Assembly: GCA_030390025.1 (NCBI GenBank)
Contig: CM059449.1
Coordinates: 14,818,001-14,882,000 of the forward strand
Source of the DNA: Squalus acanthias
Lineage: Eukaryota
Length of the DNA stretch: 64,000 nt
Direction of reading: 5' to 3'
The notes below the pieces were generated by a model that saw only the letters and a list, made by a program, of their open reading frames with translations, was not told the origin of the DNA and ran no database searches. The translations under genes and the position numbers were made by a program. Position 1 is the stretch's first letter. Every line of letters starts with the position of its first letter. Shown here piece by piece: positions 1-12,888 of this stretch.

Positions 1-118
1 CCTGTTTTTACTCTCTCTCCTTTCTTGAATAGCGGTGTTACATTTGTGACCTTCCAATCCACTGGGACCATTCCAGAATCTAGGGAATTTTGGAAGATCA
101 AAACCAATGCATCCACTT
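1..118 (-). mobile_element. CR1 LINE ORF2 fragment (runs off the window start)
   Basis: Antisense to the CR1 segment seen at 3200-3330 (LVxIFQNSLDSGxVPxDWK...PLFKKGxR). Confidence 0.8.
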
Positions 119-154
119 TTATCAGATAGACTAACAATGCCTTGTCCTGCAGTT

Positions 155-520
155 ATAAGAACATAAGAATTAGGAGCAGGAGTCGGCCATTCGGCCCCTC
201 GAGCCTGCTCCGCCATTCAATAAGATCATGGCTGATCATCGACCTCATCTCCACTTTCCTGCACTATCCCCATATCCCTTGATTCCCTTAATATTCCAAA
301 TTCTATCGATCTCTGTGTTGAATATACTCAACGACTGAGCATCACAGCCCTCTGAGGTAGAGAATTCCAAAGATTCACCACCCTCTGAGTGAAGAAATTT
401 CTCCTCATCTCAGTCATAAATGGCCGACCCTTTATCTGAGACTGTGACCCCTGGTTTTAGACTCCCCAGCCAGGGGAAACATCCTCCCTGCATCTACCCT
501 GTCAATTCCTGTAAGAATTT
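155..520 (-). mobile_element. 5'-truncated CR1 3' end
   Basis: (ataagaac)n tail, CR1 3'UTR and antisense RT C-terminus (FFTQRVVNLWNSLP). Confidence 0.9.
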
Positions 521-572
521 TGGATGGATGAATGGATAGATAGATAGATAGATAGATAGATCGATCGATCAT
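521..572. repeat. (GGAT)n/(AGAT)n microsatellite
   Basis: tggatggatgaatggatagatagatagatagatagatagatcgatcgatc. Confidence 0.9.
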
Positions 573-713
573 AGACAGTTTCAGTTGCATGCCTCCATAA
601 CGTGCAATGACGTATAATGCTGGAGGCTAACAGGCTAAATGGCTTGAAGATCAATGCTGTAATTCCACCAAACTACACGCAACCTTTTCGTCAGCTGTGG
701 CTGTACGAGGTCT

Positions 714-770
714 TCATTTTCCTTCACTGAAGTTCAATGTACAATATTGTACTTTCTCTACTTTACTTGT
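714..770 (-). CDS. ITIM-bearing terminal exon, copy 1 (TSKVEKVQYCTLNFSEGK*)
   Basis: Acceptor attttacttctcttcaaacag; ITIM VQYCTL; duplicate of 9369-9425. No upstream exons of its own were found, so it may be an orphan. Confidence 0.55.
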   Translation of the reverse strand, partial: TSKVEKVQYCTLNFSEGK

Positions 771-1524
771 CTGTTTGAAGAGAAGTAAAATACATTCATA
801 AATATATTATTAGGCAATGTCGACATAGAGCATCGCAAAACCAAATCGCAAATGCTCAAGCAAGTGCAGCGTTCTCATGTTATATTTCAAGGCTGCCCTT
901 TAAACTTTCAAACCCGCAGCCTGATGTGTTGAAACGGAATCCCAATTATCAGCGGCACTTGTTTTCTTTGCTGGCCGGTTGCTTGCAAGGGTTGTGACAG
1001 AACCAGAAAGGTACGTGCAAAGTCTCAGACTTATGAGCAGTACTGACCTCAGTCTCGATACAGTTCCGCAAACTGCCGGATGCAACTGATGCGAAAACGA
1101 AAGGTTATATATAAAACGCTGCAGACTGAAGGCCGCTGTAGTATTTTAAGAGTGATATTTGTATCCTAACGCATAGCCGACAGGAGGACAGAAAAACCGC
1201 CTTCACGTTAAATAGGTTACTCTGCGAGGCGCTGGGACAGGATTAATTGATCCATTGACGAGGACGTGCTTATGTCAAACACCCTTTATGTCTATAGAGC
1301 ACTGTAGAACTATCCTTCCAATAATACATGATGATATCACTAATAGAGATAAATGCGAAAGTATGAAATGTTGTGACAATACTGTACACATTTTATTAAT
1401 GACAAGTTAATAAGGAAGAGAGCAGTTTCGTTTAACCTTGACTCTTTCCGTGGTAGTACGTTATCTGCAGCGAAATTCAGAAGTGTTCAATTTCCACAAA
1501 TTTTGTTAGTTTCGGATGAGAGTA

Positions 1525-2325
1525 GGCATTCGGGCCATCGAGCTCTTCACTACTGGAAACCCGCAACGAACTGCCTCATCAATGACTTTATAATTGTTGC
1601 CTCCATTGCTCTATCAGGAAGATCATTGCAGGTATTAATCACTCTTTGTGTGAAGTGCTTCCTGGCAGCCATCCCGACTTGCCTTCTATCAGATGGACTG
1701 ACAATGCCTTGTCCTGCACTCATAAGAACATAAGAAATAGGAGCAGGAGTCGGCCATTCGGCCCCTCGAGCCTGCTCCGCCATTCAATAAGATCATGGTT
1801 GATCTTCTACCTCATCTCCACTTTCCTTTTATCCCTTGATTCCCTTAATATTCAAAAATCTATCCATCTCTGTCTTGAATATACTCAACGACTGAGCCTC
1901 CACAGCCCTCTGGGGTAGAGAATTCCAAAGATTCACCACCCTCTGAGTGAAGAAATTTCTCCTCATCTCAGTCCTAAATGGCCGACCCCTTATTCTGAGA
2001 CTGTGACCCCTGGTTCTAGGCTCTCCAGCCAGGGAAAACATCCTCTCCGCAACTACCCTAAAATAATTTTGTATGTTTCAATGAGATCACCTCTCATTCT
2101 TCTAAACTCTAGAGAATATAGGCCTATTCTCCTCAATCTCTCCTCATAGGACAATCCCCCCATCCCAGGAATTAGTCTGGTGAACCTTCGTTGCACTCCC
2201 TCTATGGTAAGTATATCCTTCCTTAGGTAAATCAAGGGATATGGGGATAGTGCAGGATAGTACTCATTGAATGATGGAGCAGGCTCGAAGGTCCAAATGG
2301 CCTACTCCTGCTCCTATTTCTTAAA
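1525..2325 (-). mobile_element. Nested CR1 fragments: old minus 3' end (1525-1718), younger minus CR1 (1722-2230), short plus-strand CR1 3'UTR (2231-2325)
   Basis: ORFs RKHFTQRVINTCNDLP, NFFTQRVVNLWNSLP and YLRKDILTIEGVQRRFTRLIPG; CR1 3'UTR motifs on both strands. Confidence 0.85.
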
Positions 2326-2832
2326 TTCCCGCATTCTCCCGCCACCATCAAGATAGGAGATCAAGTTGGGGTGAATTTTCACCTTTTTGCACCCGCAGTG
2401 CAAGTGAAAACCCATCCCCCACTCTGGTTCATCAGGGACTGTAGAGGGGAATATGAAGATCAACGTCAGGTGTGCTGTAAAATTAAATACTCACCTAGCG
2501 TGGTTACAATGCTGGGCTACCTGCATGCTGTAAGTTGATCTTCATAAATAAATAATTGATTTCACACAATGTGTTCCATTCGTGTAAGCTTCAATTACTG
2601 CAATAAAGTAGGAGGCTCAGTAAATATTTCTGAGGACTAAGGCAGGGGATGTGGATAAGATAGTCGACTGCGAAAATAAAGTGGCAAATGGAATTCAATG
2701 TCAATAAATATGAGGTGGTAACTTCTGGTAAAAAATGAATAAACATTGTGCAATAGCAACAACTTGGATTTAAATAGCGCCTTTAACATAAGAATACAAC
2801 CCTAGGCAATTTTCAGTAGTGGCAATTATCTC

Positions 2833-4900
2833 GGGAACGGTAGCATAGTGGTTATGTTACTGGGCTAGTAATCTGCCAAGGCCTGGACTAATGATCCTCA
2901 CACGACGTGAATTCAAATCCCACCTATGACAAGTGGGGAATTTAATTTCAGTTAATTGAATAAATCTGGAATAGAAAAGGTTGTATCACTAATGGTGACC
3001 ATGCAATAAGATTGCCATAAAAACCATCTGGTCAACTAATGTCCTTTAGGGTAGGAAAACTGCCATCCTTACCTGGTCTGGTCTATATGTGACTCCTAAA
3101 CCCACAGCAACGTGGTTGTCTCCTAACTACCCTCTGAAAGCTGATAAATCCCCAGGGCCTGATAATCTACATCCCAGTAGTACTAAAAGAGGTAGCCATG
3201 GAAATAGTGGATGCATTGGTTTTCATCTTCCAATATTCTATAGATTATGGAACAGTTCCTGCAGGTTGGAGGGTGGCAAATGTAATCCCACTATTTAAAA
3301 AAGGAGGGAGAGAGAAAACAGGGAACTACAGACCAGTTAGCCTAACGTCAGTAGTGGGGAAAATGCTAGAGTCTATTATAAAGGATGTGATAACAAGACA
3401 CTTAAAAATATCAACGGGATTAGACAAAGTCAACATGGATTTATTAAAGGGAAATCGCGTTTGACAAACCTACTTGAGTTTTTTTGAGGATGTAACTGGT
3501 AGAATAGATAAGGGAGAACCAGTGGATGTGGTGTATTTGGATTTTCAGAAGGCCTTTGATAAAGTCCCACATAAGAGGTTAAGGTTAGTGTGCAAAATTA
3601 AAGCACATGGGATGGGGGGTAATATACTGGCATGGATTGAAAATTGGTTAACAGACAGGAAACAGAGAGTAGGACCAAATGGGTCTTTTTCGGGGTGGCA
3701 GGTGGTGACTAGTGCGGTACCGCAGGGATCAGTGCTTGGGCCCCAGCTATTCACAATATATATCAATGATTTGGATGAGGGAACCAAATGTAATATTTCC
3801 AAGTTTGCTGATGACACGAAACTAGGTGGGATTGTGAGTTGTGAGGAGGATGTAAAGAAGCTTCAAGGCGATTTAGACAAGTTGAGTGAGTGGGAAAATA
3901 CATGGCAGATGCAGTATAATGTGGATAAATGTGAAGTTATCCACTTCGGTAGGAAAAACAGAAAGGCAGAGTATTATTTAAATGGTGATAGATTGGGAAA
4001 TGTTCATGTACAAAGGGACCTGGGTGTCCTTGTACACCAGTCACTGAAAGCAAACATGCAGGTGCAGCAAGCAGTTAGGAGGGCAAATGGTATGTTGGCC
4101 TTCATTGCAAGAAGATTTGAGTACAGGAGCAAGGATGTCTTACTACAGTTATACAGGGCCTTGGTGAGACCACACCTAGAGTACTGTGTGCAGTTTCGCT
4201 CTCCTTACCTAAGAAAGGATATACTTGCCATAAAGGGAGTGCAGCGAAGGTTCACCAGACTGATTCCTGGGATGGCAGGACTGTCGTATGAGGAGAGATT
4301 GGGTCGACTAGGCCTGTATTCACTAGAGTTTAGAAGAATGAGAGGGGATCTCATTGAAAGTATAACATTCTGACAGGACTAGACAGACTGGATGCAGGGA
4401 GGATGTTTCCCCTGGCTGGGGGGTCTAGAACGAGCGGTCACGGTCTCAGGATACGGGGTAGGACATTTAGGACTGAGATGAGGAGAAATGTCTTCACTCA
4501 GAGGGTGGTGAACCTGTGGAATTCTCTACCACAGAAGGCTGTGGAGGCCAAGTCACTGAATATATTTAAGAAGGAGATAGACACAAAAGTCAACAAGCGG
4601 TATGGGGAGAGAGCAGGAATATGGTATTGAGATAGAGGATCAGCCATGATCATATTGAATGGCGGAGCAGGCTTGAAGGGCCGAACGGCCGACTCCTGCT
4701 CCTATTTTTCTATGTTTCGAAATGGCCTAGCAAGCCACTCAGTTGTACACAACTGCCTAAAACCACTGTGGGAGTAACTTTATCACAAGCACTGCAATGG
4801 TTTAAGTGGTGGCTCACTGCCACTTTCTCAAGGGCAATTAGGGATGGCCAATAAATGTTGGCCTTGCCAATGACGCCCACATCCCAGGAACGAATTAAAA
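2833..4900 (+). mobile_element. tRNA-derived SINE (2833-3137 and 4719-4900) split by a CR1 insertion
   Basis: A box tagcatagtgg and B-box-like aattcaaatcc. The halves rejoin as ccctctgaaa|tggcctagcaag, and the same family is largely intact at 54818-55205. Confidence 0.8.
3138..4718 (+). mobile_element. CR1 LINE, 5'-truncated, RT domain plus 3'UTR, with frameshifts
   Basis: YRPVSLTS, YLDFQKAFDKVPH, VPQGSVLGP and FADDTKL motifs. Confidence 0.95.
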
Positions 4901-4904
4901 AAAA

Positions 4905-5222
4905 ATCAGACAAAAATAAACACTGATTAATAAGCAGGAGATATTAGAGGGTAACAGCTTGGTAAAAGTGGTGTGTTTTAAGGAGGACTTTGAAAGAGGA
5001 GGGGGTGGAGGGAGGAAATTCTTGTACAGAGGGTCCAGGTGGCTGGAGGCATGACTGCCACTGGTGGGCGAAGGGAGTGTGGGATGCTGAAGAGGCTACA
5101 GTTTGAGGAACACAGTACTCAGAGGCTTGTTGGGTTGAAAAAGATTACAAAGATGAAAAGCGACAAGGCTTTGAAACAATTTTAACACAATTAAGGGAAT
5201 TATAAATTCAAGGCATTGGACG
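4905..5222 (-). mobile_element. Old L2-like LINE 3' fragment (continues 2755-2825)
   Basis: aacaacttg..tta.atagcgcc tail at 2757 and degenerate purine-rich L2-type 3' region; family recognised from memory. Confidence 0.5.
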
Positions 5223-5244
5223 ACCAATGCCTTGTCCTACAGTT

Positions 5245-5595
5245 ATAAGAACATCAAAATTAGGAGCAGGTGTAGGCCATTCGGACCTTCAAGTCTGCGC
5301 TGCCATTCAATAAGATCATGGCTGATCTTCTACCTTATCTGCGCTATCCCCATATTCCTTAATACTCAAAAATCTATCTATCTCTCTCTTGAATATAATC
5401 AACGACTGCGCCTCCACAGCCCCTCTGGGGTAGAGAATTCCAAAGATTCACCACCCTCTGAGTGAAAACATTTCTCCTCATCTCAGTCCTAAATGGCCGA
5501 CCTCTTATTCTGAGAATGTGACCCCTGGTTCTAGACTCCCCAGCTAGGGGAAACATCCTCCCTGCATCTACCCTGTCACACCCTGTACGAATTAT
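5245..5595 (-). mobile_element. CR1 3' end (duplicate of 155-520)
   Basis: Same 3' junction and same 5' truncation point (ccctgtaxgaatt) as 155-520. Confidence 0.85.
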
Positions 5596-8238
5596 AGAGT
5601 CAGAGTCATAGAGTTATACAGCACAGAAAGAGGCCCTTCGGCCCATCGTGTCCGCGCCGGCCATCAAGCCCTGTCTGTTCTAATCCCATTTTCCAGCACT
5701 TGGTCCGTAGCCTTGTATGCTATGGCGTTTCAAGTGCTCATCTAAATGCTTCTTGAATGTTGTGAGGGTTCCTGCCTCTACCGCCCTTTCAGGCAGTGAG
5801 TTCCAGATTCCAACCACCCTCTGGGTGAAAAAGTTTTTCCTCAAATCCCCTCTAAACCTCCTGCCCCTTACCTTGAAACTATGCCCCCTGGTTATTGACC
5901 CCTCTACTAAGGGGAAAAGTTCCTTTCTATCTACCCTATCTATGCCCCTCATAATTTTGTACATCTCAATCAGGTGTACCCCCTCAGCCTTCTCTGCTCT
6001 AAGGAAAACAACCCCAGCCTGTCCAGTCTCTCTTCATAGCTGAAGCGCTGCAGCCCAGGTAAAATCCTGGTGAATCTCCTCTGCACCCTCTCCAATGCAA
6101 TCACATCCTTCCTGTAGTGTGGCGACCAGAACTGCACACAGTATTCCAGCTGTGGCCTAACTAGCGTTTTGTACAGCTCCATCATAACCTCCCTGCTCTT
6201 ATATTCTATTCCTCGGCTAATGAAGGCAAGTATCCCATATGCCTTTTTAACCACCTTATCTACCTGTCCTGCTGCCTTCAGGGATCTATGTACATGCACA
6301 GCAAGGTCCCTCTGATCCTCTGTCCTTCCTAGGGTCCTACCATTCATTGTGTATTCCCTTGCCTTGTTAGTCCTCCCAAAATGCATCACCTCACACTTTT
6401 CAGGGTTAAATTCCATTTGCCACTGTTCTGCCCATCTGACTAACCCGTCTATATCGTCCTGTAGCCTGAGGTTTCCCTCCTCGCTATTTACCACCCCACC
6501 AATTTTTGTGTCATCTACGAACTTACTGATCATACCTCCTACATTCATATCTAAATCATTAATGTACACTACAAACAGCAAAGGATCCAGCACCGATCCC
6601 TGCGGTAAACCACTGGACACAGGCTTCCAGACACAAAAACAACCTTCGACCATCACCCTCTGCCTCCTGCCACTAAGCCAATTTTGGATCCAATGTGTCA
6701 AGTTGCCCTGAATCCCATGGGCTCTTACCTTCTTGACCAGTCTCCCATGCAGGACTTTGTCAAAAGCCTTACTGAAGTCCATGTAGACCACATCAACTGC
6801 ACTAACCTCATCCACACATCTCGTTACCCCCTCGAAAAATCCAATCAAATTGGTCAGACATTATCTCCCCCTGACAAAGCCATGCTGACTATCCTTGATT
6901 AATCCTTGCCTCTCCAAGTGGAGACTAATTCTGTCCCTCAGAATTTTTTCTAATAATTTCCCTACCACTGATGTTAGGCTCACTGGCCTGTAATTCCCTG
7001 GTTTATCCCTACTACCCATCTTGAATAATGGTACTATGTTAGCTGTTCTCCAGTCCTCTGGCACCTCCCCTGTGGCCAGAGAGGTTCTGAAAATTTGTGT
7101 CAGAGCCCCTGCAATCTCCTCCCTTGCCTCACACAGCAGCATGGGATACATCTCGTCTGGGCCTGGGGATTTATCCACTTTTAAGCCCGCTAAAACCGCT
7201 AGTACCTCCTCCCTCTCAATACTAATTTGTTCAAGTATATCACAATCCCCCTGCTTGATTTCTATGCCTACATCGTCCTTCTCCATAATGAACACAGATG
7301 CAAAATATTCATTTAAAACCCCACCTACATCTTCTGGCTCTACACACAGATTGCCACTTTGGTCTCTAATGGGCCCTACTCTTTCCCTGGTTATCCTCTT
7401 GCCCTTCATATACTTATAAAACACCTTGGGATTTTCCTTTATTTTGCCTGCCAGTGTTATTTCATGCCCCCTCTTCGCTCTCCTAATTTCTTTTTTAAGT
7501 ACCCCCCTGCACTTTCTATACTCCTCTAGGGCTTCCACTGTTTTTAGTCCTTTGTATCTGCCAAAAGCATCCCTTTTATTCCTAATCCATTCTCGTATAT
7601 CCCTTGACATCCAGGGTTCCCTGGGCTTGTTGCTCCCACCCTTGACCTTTACGGGAACATGTTGCCATTGCACTCTCTGTTTTTCCTTTCTGAAAGACTC
7701 CCACTGCTCTGATGTGGATTTTCCTACAAGTAGCTGATCCCAGTCCACTTTGGCCAGATCCTGCCTTCTCATATTAAAATCGGCCTTCCCCCAATTTAGA
7801 ACCTTTATTTCCGGTTCATCTTTGTCCTTTTCCATGACTACCTTAAATCTCACCGAATTATGGTTACTGTCACCAAAATGCTCTCCTACTAACACTTCTA
7901 CCACTTGCCTGGCTACATTCCCTAGAATTAGGTCCAGTACCGCCCCCTCTCTTGTAGGACTTTCTACATGCTGGCTCAAAAAGCTCTCCTGGGATGCACT
8001 TTAAGAATTCCGCACCCTCTAAGCCTTTCACACTCTGACTATCCCAGTTAATATTGGGGAAGATGAAATCGCCTACTATTATTACCCTATTATTTCTACA
8101 CTTCTCTGAGATTTGCCTACATATCTGTTCCTCTATCTCCACCTGACTGTTTGGGGGCCTATAGTACACTCCCAGCAAAGTGCTTGCCCCCTTTTTGTTT
8201 TTAAGTTCTACCCATATGGCCTCATTAGAGGAACCTGC
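5596..8238 (-). mobile_element. CR1 LINE, 2.6 kb, APE endonuclease C-terminus plus RT, different subfamily
   Basis: ORFs 7870-8178 (GVYYRPP, GDFxFP), 6861-7979 (LDL, SxHN), 5970-6848 (RT), 5680-5964; (gagtcata)n tail; probable TSD gaattat. Confidence 0.95.
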
Positions 8239-8284
8239 AAAGAATTATGTATGGATGGATCTATTAATGGATGTATGGATGTAT

Positions 8285-9192
8285 TTCTGAGTCAATCAAG
8301 CGACCTCACAGAGTTCTTGGACAAGACACAAATAGGCAGCAGCCAGTATATTTGAGCAATAGATCAGATTTATTAAGCTTACAGCATAAGTAATATTTAA
8401 CATTAGGCGATGGTAAAATAAATAGCTCACAGCCCTTGGTCTCTGGAGCCTTTCAGACACAGGCAACATCATCGTAAGTCTGTTCCTTTCTTCACAATAA
8501 ATCTCTGTGTGAAGTTGTTCTTTGAGTATCGAGGTTTTAACCCTTTTCTTCCCAACAGTTCGTTTGGCAGTGTCTTTAACAAAATCATCTTCTTTAATTG
8601 GTTCTAATGGTCAAAATACCATTGTCACTCAGTTCAGGCTAGTAACCTGGCCACTCTTTTTCCAGTACTTTTCCCCTAACTCTGCCCCACTGTCTTGTTA
8701 TCTTGTTTATAGCTTTTCACCCCATTGCAATTTATCATAGCTCTTTCATTTCATGTCTCCCTGGTCCAAGGCCTTTATACCTAGGGCCCATATCAGCGCT
8801 ATTTCACTTGTCTTGAGGTATCCAGACTATCTCACTTTAATCTACCAGATAAATACCTTAACTTCCATGGTCTCTCTCATTTTATGTCCTTATACTAATT
8901 ATCCTTTAAATATTGTTGCAATTAGTTTTGTTAAGCGAACTCTAATTTCTACTTACCATTATAATATGTTATTTAACAATTTGACCTTCACTCGCAGGCT
9001 GTGGCTGTTTGTTATCAAAACTTAGTCAAAACTGCTTTTGACTGTCTTTGCAGCTGCATTCTGAACAAGTCTTAGCTTTTTAGTTACCCAGGAGTAATTA
9101 TGGGTAATATTATTTGGTCAATGGCTACACTTGAAGTTATACATATATGATTCTCGTCTACTAAATATCTTTAAATATCATCCTTTCCTACA
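8285..9192 (-). mobile_element. Probable solo LTR (ERV/Gypsy-type), 908 bp
   Basis: Minus strand starts TGTAGG; 4-bp direct flank gtat on both sides; AATAAA at 8369-8374 near the 3' end; absent from the duplicated copy near 520-575. The 3' terminus reads AA rather than the canonical CA. Confidence 0.55.
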
Positions 9193-9368
9193 GTATGTAT
9201 GTATGTATGTATGGATGAATGGACGGATGTCAGTTTCAGTTGCATGCCTCCATAACGTGCAATGACGTATAATGCTGGAGGCTAACATGCTAAATGGCTT
9301 GAAGATCAATGCTGCAATTCCACCAAACTACACGCAACCTTTTTGTCATCTGTGGATGAATGGGTTCT

Positions 9369-9425
9369 TCATTTTCCTTCATTGAAGTTCAATGTACAAT
9401 ATTGTACTTTCTCTACTTCATTTGT
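9369..9425 (-). CDS. ITIM-bearing terminal exon of an inhibitory-type receptor, copy 2 (TNEVEKVQYCTLNFNEGK*)
   Basis: Acceptor attttatttctcttgaaacag; phase-0 frame contains VQYCTL (V/I/L/S-x-Y-x-x-L/V). Near-identical copy at 714-770. Upstream partner exon not established. Confidence 0.6.
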   Translation of the reverse strand, partial: TNEVEKVQYCTLNFNEGK

Positions 9426-9658
9426 CTGTTTCAAGAGAAATAAAATGCATTAATAAATATATTAATTTCAAGAAAATCAAAATGTTGTTGTATTTGTTTT
9501 AGTCGAACAACATGATAAATATGTATTCATATAATAGAGATATTTATTGTGTATAGGCGCATTTCATGTCCAACTTCCTTTGTCACAGTTTTTCCTCAGA
9601 ACTTTATGTCAAATGTAGCATTGAAACTTTAAAATGAACATCCAACACTTATGGGTAT

Positions 9659-9945
9659 GTGTCAGCTGTGGCTCAGTTGGTAGCACACTCGCTCTGAGTC
9701 AGAAGCTGGTGGGTTCCAAATCCCACTCCAGGTGAGTTATCCCTGGTGTCCTGGGCCAATATTTATCCCTCAACCAATATAACAAAAACAGATTATCTGG
9801 TCATTCTCACATTGCTGTTTGTGGGAGCTTGCTGTGCGGAAATTGGCTGCTGCGTTTCTCTACATTACAATAGTGACCCCACTCAAAAAGTACTTCATTG
9901 GCTGATGGTCGTGAAAGGTGCTATATAAATGCAAGACTTTCTTTC
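9659..9945 (+). mobile_element. tRNA-derived Deu-SINE-like element (SacSINE1-like), internally deleted
   Basis: tggctcagttgg A box, ggttccaaatcc B box, 3' gctatataaatgcaag tail; same family as 16497-16952. Confidence 0.8.
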
Positions 9946-9984
9946 CAAACAGTTGCGTGGAATGGTGTAGTTCCCAGCACTGGT

Positions 9985-11822
9985 TACTAAGTAAGGTATG
10001 TGAAAAGGAAAAGACTGGCGAAGGTAAACGTAGGTCCTTTACAGTCAGAGACGGGAGAATTTATAATGGGGAATGAGGAAATGGTGAGAAATTAAATAAA
10101 TACTTTGTTTCTGTCTTCACGGAGGAAGACACAAAAAACCTCCCAGAAATACGAAAAAACCAAGGGTGTGGCGCGAATGAGGAACTTAAAGAAATTATTA
10201 TTAGTAAAAAAACAGAACTAGAAAAATTAATGGGACTAAAAGTTGATAAATCCCAAGGACTGGATGACCTACATCCCAGGGTTTTAAAGAGGTGGCCATT
10301 GGGATAGTGGACACATTGGTTGTCATCTTCCAAAATTCTATAGATTCTGGAACGGTTCCTGCAGATTGGAGGATAGCAAATGTATTTAAGAAAGGAGGGA
10401 GAGAGAAAACGGGAAACTGCAGACCTGTTAGCCTCACATCAGTAGTTGGGAAAATGCTGGAATCTATTATAAAGGATGCAATAACTGGGCACTTAGAAAC
10501 TAATAGTAAGATTGGGCAGAGTCAACATGGATTTATGAAAGGGAAATCCTGTTTGACAAACCTATTGGAGTTCTTTGAGGATGTAACTAGCGGAGTAGGC
10601 AAAGGGGAACCGGTAGGTGTGGTGTATTTGAATTTTCAGAAGACCTTCGATAAGGTCCCACACAAGAGGTTGGTGAACAAAATTAGGGCACATGGAATTG
10701 GGGGGAATATACTAGCATGGATTGAGAATTGGTTAACAGACAGAAAACAAAGTGTAGGGATAAACAGGTCTTTTCAGGATGGCAGGCTGTGACTAGTGGG
10801 GTACTGCAAGGATCGGTGCTTGGGCCCCAGCTATTCACAATCTATATCAATGATTTGGATGAGGGGACTAAGCGTAACATTTCCAAATTTGCTGATGACA
10901 CAAAGCTAGGTGGCAGTGTCAGCTGTGAAGAAGATGTGAAGAGGCTTCAAGGGGATCTCAACAGGCTCAGTGAGTGGGCGAGAACATGGCAGATGGAATA
11001 TAATGTGGATAAATGTGAAGTTATCCACTTTGGTAGAAAAAACAGAAAGGCAGAGTATTTCCTAAATGGTGAAAGATTGGGGAATGCAGATGCTCAAAGG
11101 GTCTTGGGTGTCCTGGTACATGAGTCACTGAAAGTGAATGTGCAGGTGCAGCAAACCATTAGGAATGCAAATGGTATGCTGGCCTTCATTACAAGAAGAT
11201 TTGAGTACAGGAGTAAAGAAGTCTTTCTCCAATTATATAGGGCCTTGGTGAGACCACACCTGGAGTACTGTGTACAATTTTGGTCTCCTTACCTAAGGAA
11301 GGATATACTTACCATAGAGGGAGTGCAACAAAGGTTTACGAGATTGATTCCTGGGATGGCGGAACTGTCGTATGAGAAGAGATTGAGTAAACTAGGCCTG
11401 TATTCTCTTGAATTCAGAAGAATGAGAGGGGATCTCATTGAAGCATACAAAATTATTGCAGGGCTTGATAGGATGGATGTTGGGAGAATGTTTCCCTTGG
11501 CTGGGGAGTCTAGAACCAAGGGCCACAGCCTCAGGATAAAGGGTAGGCCATTCAGGACTGAGATGAGAAGAAATTTCTTCACACAGAGGGTGGTGAATCT
11601 TTGGAATTCTCTACCCCAGAGGGCTGTGGAGGCTCAGTTATTGGGTATATTCAAAACAGAAGTCGACACATTTCTGACTAGTAAGGGCATCAAGGGATAT
11701 GGCGATAGGGCCGGTGAATAGAGTTGAGGCAGAAGATCAGCCATGATCTCATTGAATGACGGAGCAGGCTCGAAGGGCTGAATGGCCTACTCCTGCTCCT
11801 ATTTCTTATGTTCTTATGTTCT
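9985..11822 (+). mobile_element. CR1 LINE, 5'-truncated RT plus 3'UTR
   Basis: ORFs 10292-10792 and 10729-11721; (ttcttatg)n tail. Confidence 0.95.
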
Positions 11823-12389
11823 AACTCGATCTCTATCTTGTATGTAAGATATATATTCATCTACTGACCGTGGGCGGCGTCATGGGCAATTTACTAATCT
11901 TCTTTCAGTTTCTTAGCATCATGAAAATATATAATACGACAATAATATGTTTAGCATTTCATATAAATAACCCTGGATTGATTGATTATCAGAATTATTG
12001 CTATTAATAATAACATTTAATATCTATGTATTTTCTGGTGTTACAAATGCATTAATTGGTTTTAATTGGGAATGACAGAAACTAAAAAGACCCTGGGCTT
12101 TGATCATTGATCTGTTCTTTTAGCTGAGGTCGGTGGGGTGTAGCAGGACGGGTGCTACAATTGATCTTAGTAACCCTTGGCTAGGGAGGTGAGAAATCAG
12201 CCATAGTAGACTTAATCACTATCGGGTGCCTGTTGCAAAGTGCAACTGCAGTCAGGACAAGAAAGGGCTTCGCTCTGATGTTCATTACAGCTCTGAAACC
12301 CGACGACGCTCACTCTCCAGGCTCACATCTAACGAATCAACACTAGTGTACGGTGCCGATGGACAACTGGCACCTCTAGAACCATAATC

Positions 12390-12888
12390 TTCAGGTTCAC
12401 GAGGTTGATTCCTGAGATGAAGGGGTTGTCTTATGAGGAAAGGTTGAGCAGGCTTGTGCCTATACGCATTGGAGTTTAGAAGAATGAGAGGTGATCTTAT
12501 TGAAACATATAAGATTCTGAGGGGGCTTGACAGGGTAGATGCTAAGAGGATGTTTCCCCTTGTGGGGGAATCTAGAACTAGGGGGCATAGTTTCAGAATA
12601 AGGGGTCGCCCATTTAAAACGGAGATGAGGAGGAATTTCTTCTCTCAGATGGTCGTGAATCTTTGGAATTCTTTACCCCAGAGAGCTGTGGAGGCTGAGT
12701 CAGTGAATATATTCAAGGCGGAGATAGACAGATATTTGATCTACAGGGGAGTCAAGGGTTGTGGGGAACAGGCAGGAAATTGGAGTTGAGGCCAAGATCA
12801 GATCAGCCATAATCTCATTGAATGGCAGAGCAGGCTCGAGGGGCCGAATGGCCTACTCCTGCTCCTACTTCTTATGTTCTTATGTTCT
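12390..12888 (+). mobile_element. CR1 3' end
   Basis: ORF 12454-12789 plus 3'UTR and tail. Confidence 0.9.

Noticed and set aside
900-1085. 61-aa minus-strand ORF as an exon upstream of ITIM copy 1
   Set aside because: It ends in a stop, has no convincing splice sites and has no counterpart near copy 2.
2494-2530. Small minus-strand exon with a gtgagt donor feeding ITIM copy 1
   Set aside because: Weak acceptor, and stop codons in the phase needed to join the ITIM frame.
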